A stretch of DNA of 64,000 nt from Podarcis tiliguerta (taxonomy: Eukaryota): the NCBI GenBank assembly GCA_965153285.1, contig OZ229118.1. One strand, written 5' to 3'. The notes beneath the pieces were generated by a model. The model was not told where the DNA came from. It saw only the letters and a list, made by a program, of their open reading frames with translations, and searched no databases. Shown piece by piece: positions 62,223 through 64,000 of the stretch. Each line of letters begins with the position of its first letter. Within the stretch, counting starts at the first letter, position 1. A program made the position numbers and the translations under genes.

Positions 62223-63403
62223 GTAAGTATTGCGGATTGTTCTGTTCAGTAGAAAAACAATTTTATGTTAAAAATGGTTAAACGAATTCTCAAGAGCATT
62301 AAAAAAACCACAATGTTTTCAAATTACTAGCGGAAGTTCCATGTTTCAGGATTGTATTTTCACAAATGACAGGTATGCATCTTGAGTAACTGCAAACAAA
62401 GGTGGGGAAAACACAGGTTCTAATACATTGTTATTACTGTTACGTTTTGGAAATGGAAGGTTCAGTTAAAAAGTGTAACAGAATCAATGTTAAGAGATCA
62501 CACTAAGTCTCATCTGTAGTTTGCATTTAACGTAGTATCACCCCACTTTAAAAAGTCATTCCTCCCCCAAAGTATCCTGGGAACTGTAGTGCGCTAAGGG
62601 AGCTGACAGTTGCTAGAGAGCCCCTCATCCCCCCACCTCTGACTCTAGTCCCCACCAATATTCCTCTTCTTCCTATGTTGGGGCCTGCTAATGCAAGCCC
62701 AGTCTTGACAGCACTCTGAAGTGGATGACATCCACTGCACATTTTTACACCTATCCAATTTTAACCATGGTTCCTGATCTAGTGATCAATGTCTTTTGAG
62801 TCTATCTTTAACTCTATTTTTCATTTATACTTACTTTGAAGACATAGATTATATATATAATACCATGGAATCAGTGAAGTAGCCATTTACCTTCTAAATT
62901 TAATGGCACTTCAGACATGTTTAAGCTGCAGGTTTCTGTCTCAGTTGCAGGCCTGAGGAAGGGGATAACCTGGGATACTAGCTGTAGTCAATGTTTTTCC
63001 ATGAATGGCTGAGAACTAAGAACCAACCACATTTTCCAAGTGAATGTAAAACAGAAACATTGGTCTAATCTACATTTTTCTTGGGCTGAATAGTTATGTT
63101 TAAATTTGTTTTTATTAATTGCATATAATTTTCTTAGAATAAATTGTACATTGGTGTGGAGAGTGGCTGGAGTGACTTAGATTGAAATCCCCATTAAGCA
63201 TATTCTCTCAGCATAACCTTACTGGGGGGTTGTGATAATAAATGTGGGTGTGTAATGTACACTGCCCTCAGATCTGCAAAAGAAGGGTGGGCTAAAATAT
63301 CATAGTAATGGTAGTATCAGTGGTCCATGGAATGGCCTCATTTGAATATGCAAGAAAAAGTGTGTGTATTTATATCAGATGTGTTACTTCTTCTTTATTG
63401 AAG

Positions 63404-63556
63404 GCATAAACTCTCCACAAGCTTTAAAGAAAATTCTTTCACTCTCTGAAGAGGGAAGCTTGGATCGTCATAAGAAACAAGCAGAGGACACAATTTCAAA
63501 TGCGTCTTCACAGTTATCGTCTCCTCCCACCTCGCCACAGAGCTCTCCAAGGAAAA
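63404..63556 (+). CDS. RAPGEF2: RAPGEF2 exon ([10 protein letters not shown]...QSSPRK); gene continues beyond the window
   Basis: GAAG acceptor, AAA|GTATGC donor, phase 1 to 1. Confidence 0.93.
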
Positions 63557-64000
63557 GTATGCCAGGGTCTAAATACTCCTCACCTCTCACAAGTTCACCT
63601 CTCACAAGTTCACCTCTTGTAATTGTTAGTGATAACTGTTTAAACCTAATTAAGATGCCAAATATGTAGTCAGTTGTGGTTTAGCATGGCAGACATTTCC
63701 TAACAGCACAGAGTTGTCACATTCTAAGTATGCAAGCCAGAACATTTTCTGCCAGAAATCCTGATGCAAGTCAATACTGAGTACAAGTCAATACTGAGTG
63801 CAGGCATACTGAGCTAAATGAACCCACTAACTCAGCACAGCCAGCTTCCTATGTTCCTGCCTTCTCAGATGCAGTTGGGGAAGGAGATAAAGCAGCCTAA
63901 GGATCCCCATATCGAAGTGCCAAGAACCATAATGATGTTGAATATGAGTTGTTCACCCCTATTTGCTGAAACCATTCATATGTGCAGCCTCCCACAGTAT

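Noticed and set aside
12911-63556. Paralogue RAPGEF6
   Set aside because: The N-terminus MKPLAIPANHG and the internal peptides match RAPGEF2 specifically.
63767-63800. 17-bp tandem duplication
   Set aside because: An ordinary slippage duplication with no functional indication.

Overview
Vertebrate genomic DNA, almost certainly from a squamate and probably a lacertid lizard, inferred from Sauria SINEs, Squam3-like SINEs, BovB and Rex1/Babar LINEs. The window holds most of RAPGEF2 (PDZ-GEF1) on the + strand. There are two alternative first coding exons (12027-12080 MAFLVRCYANCLQPWSSK; 12911-12970 MKPLAIPANHGVMGQQEKHS) and 19 further GT-AG, phase-consistent exons encoding the cNMP-binding-like, REM, PDZ, RA and RasGEF domains. 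One of these is a 24-nt microexon. The 3' end of the gene lies beyond base 64000. Introns contain a young 5'-truncated BovB with an intact RT frame, a young Rex1/Babar fragment, a solo LTR, degenerate L2 and CR1 pieces, SINEs, Tigger/hAT-type MITEs, a 20-bp minisatellite and microsatellites. I found no convincing new multi-gene system. The most notable observations are a templated mosaic at the BovB 5' junction, a covarying 3' hairpin shared by BovB and three Sauria SINEs, a candidate 26-nt poison exon next to the microexon, and the dual N-terminus architecture. Family assignments are from recall, not database searches.
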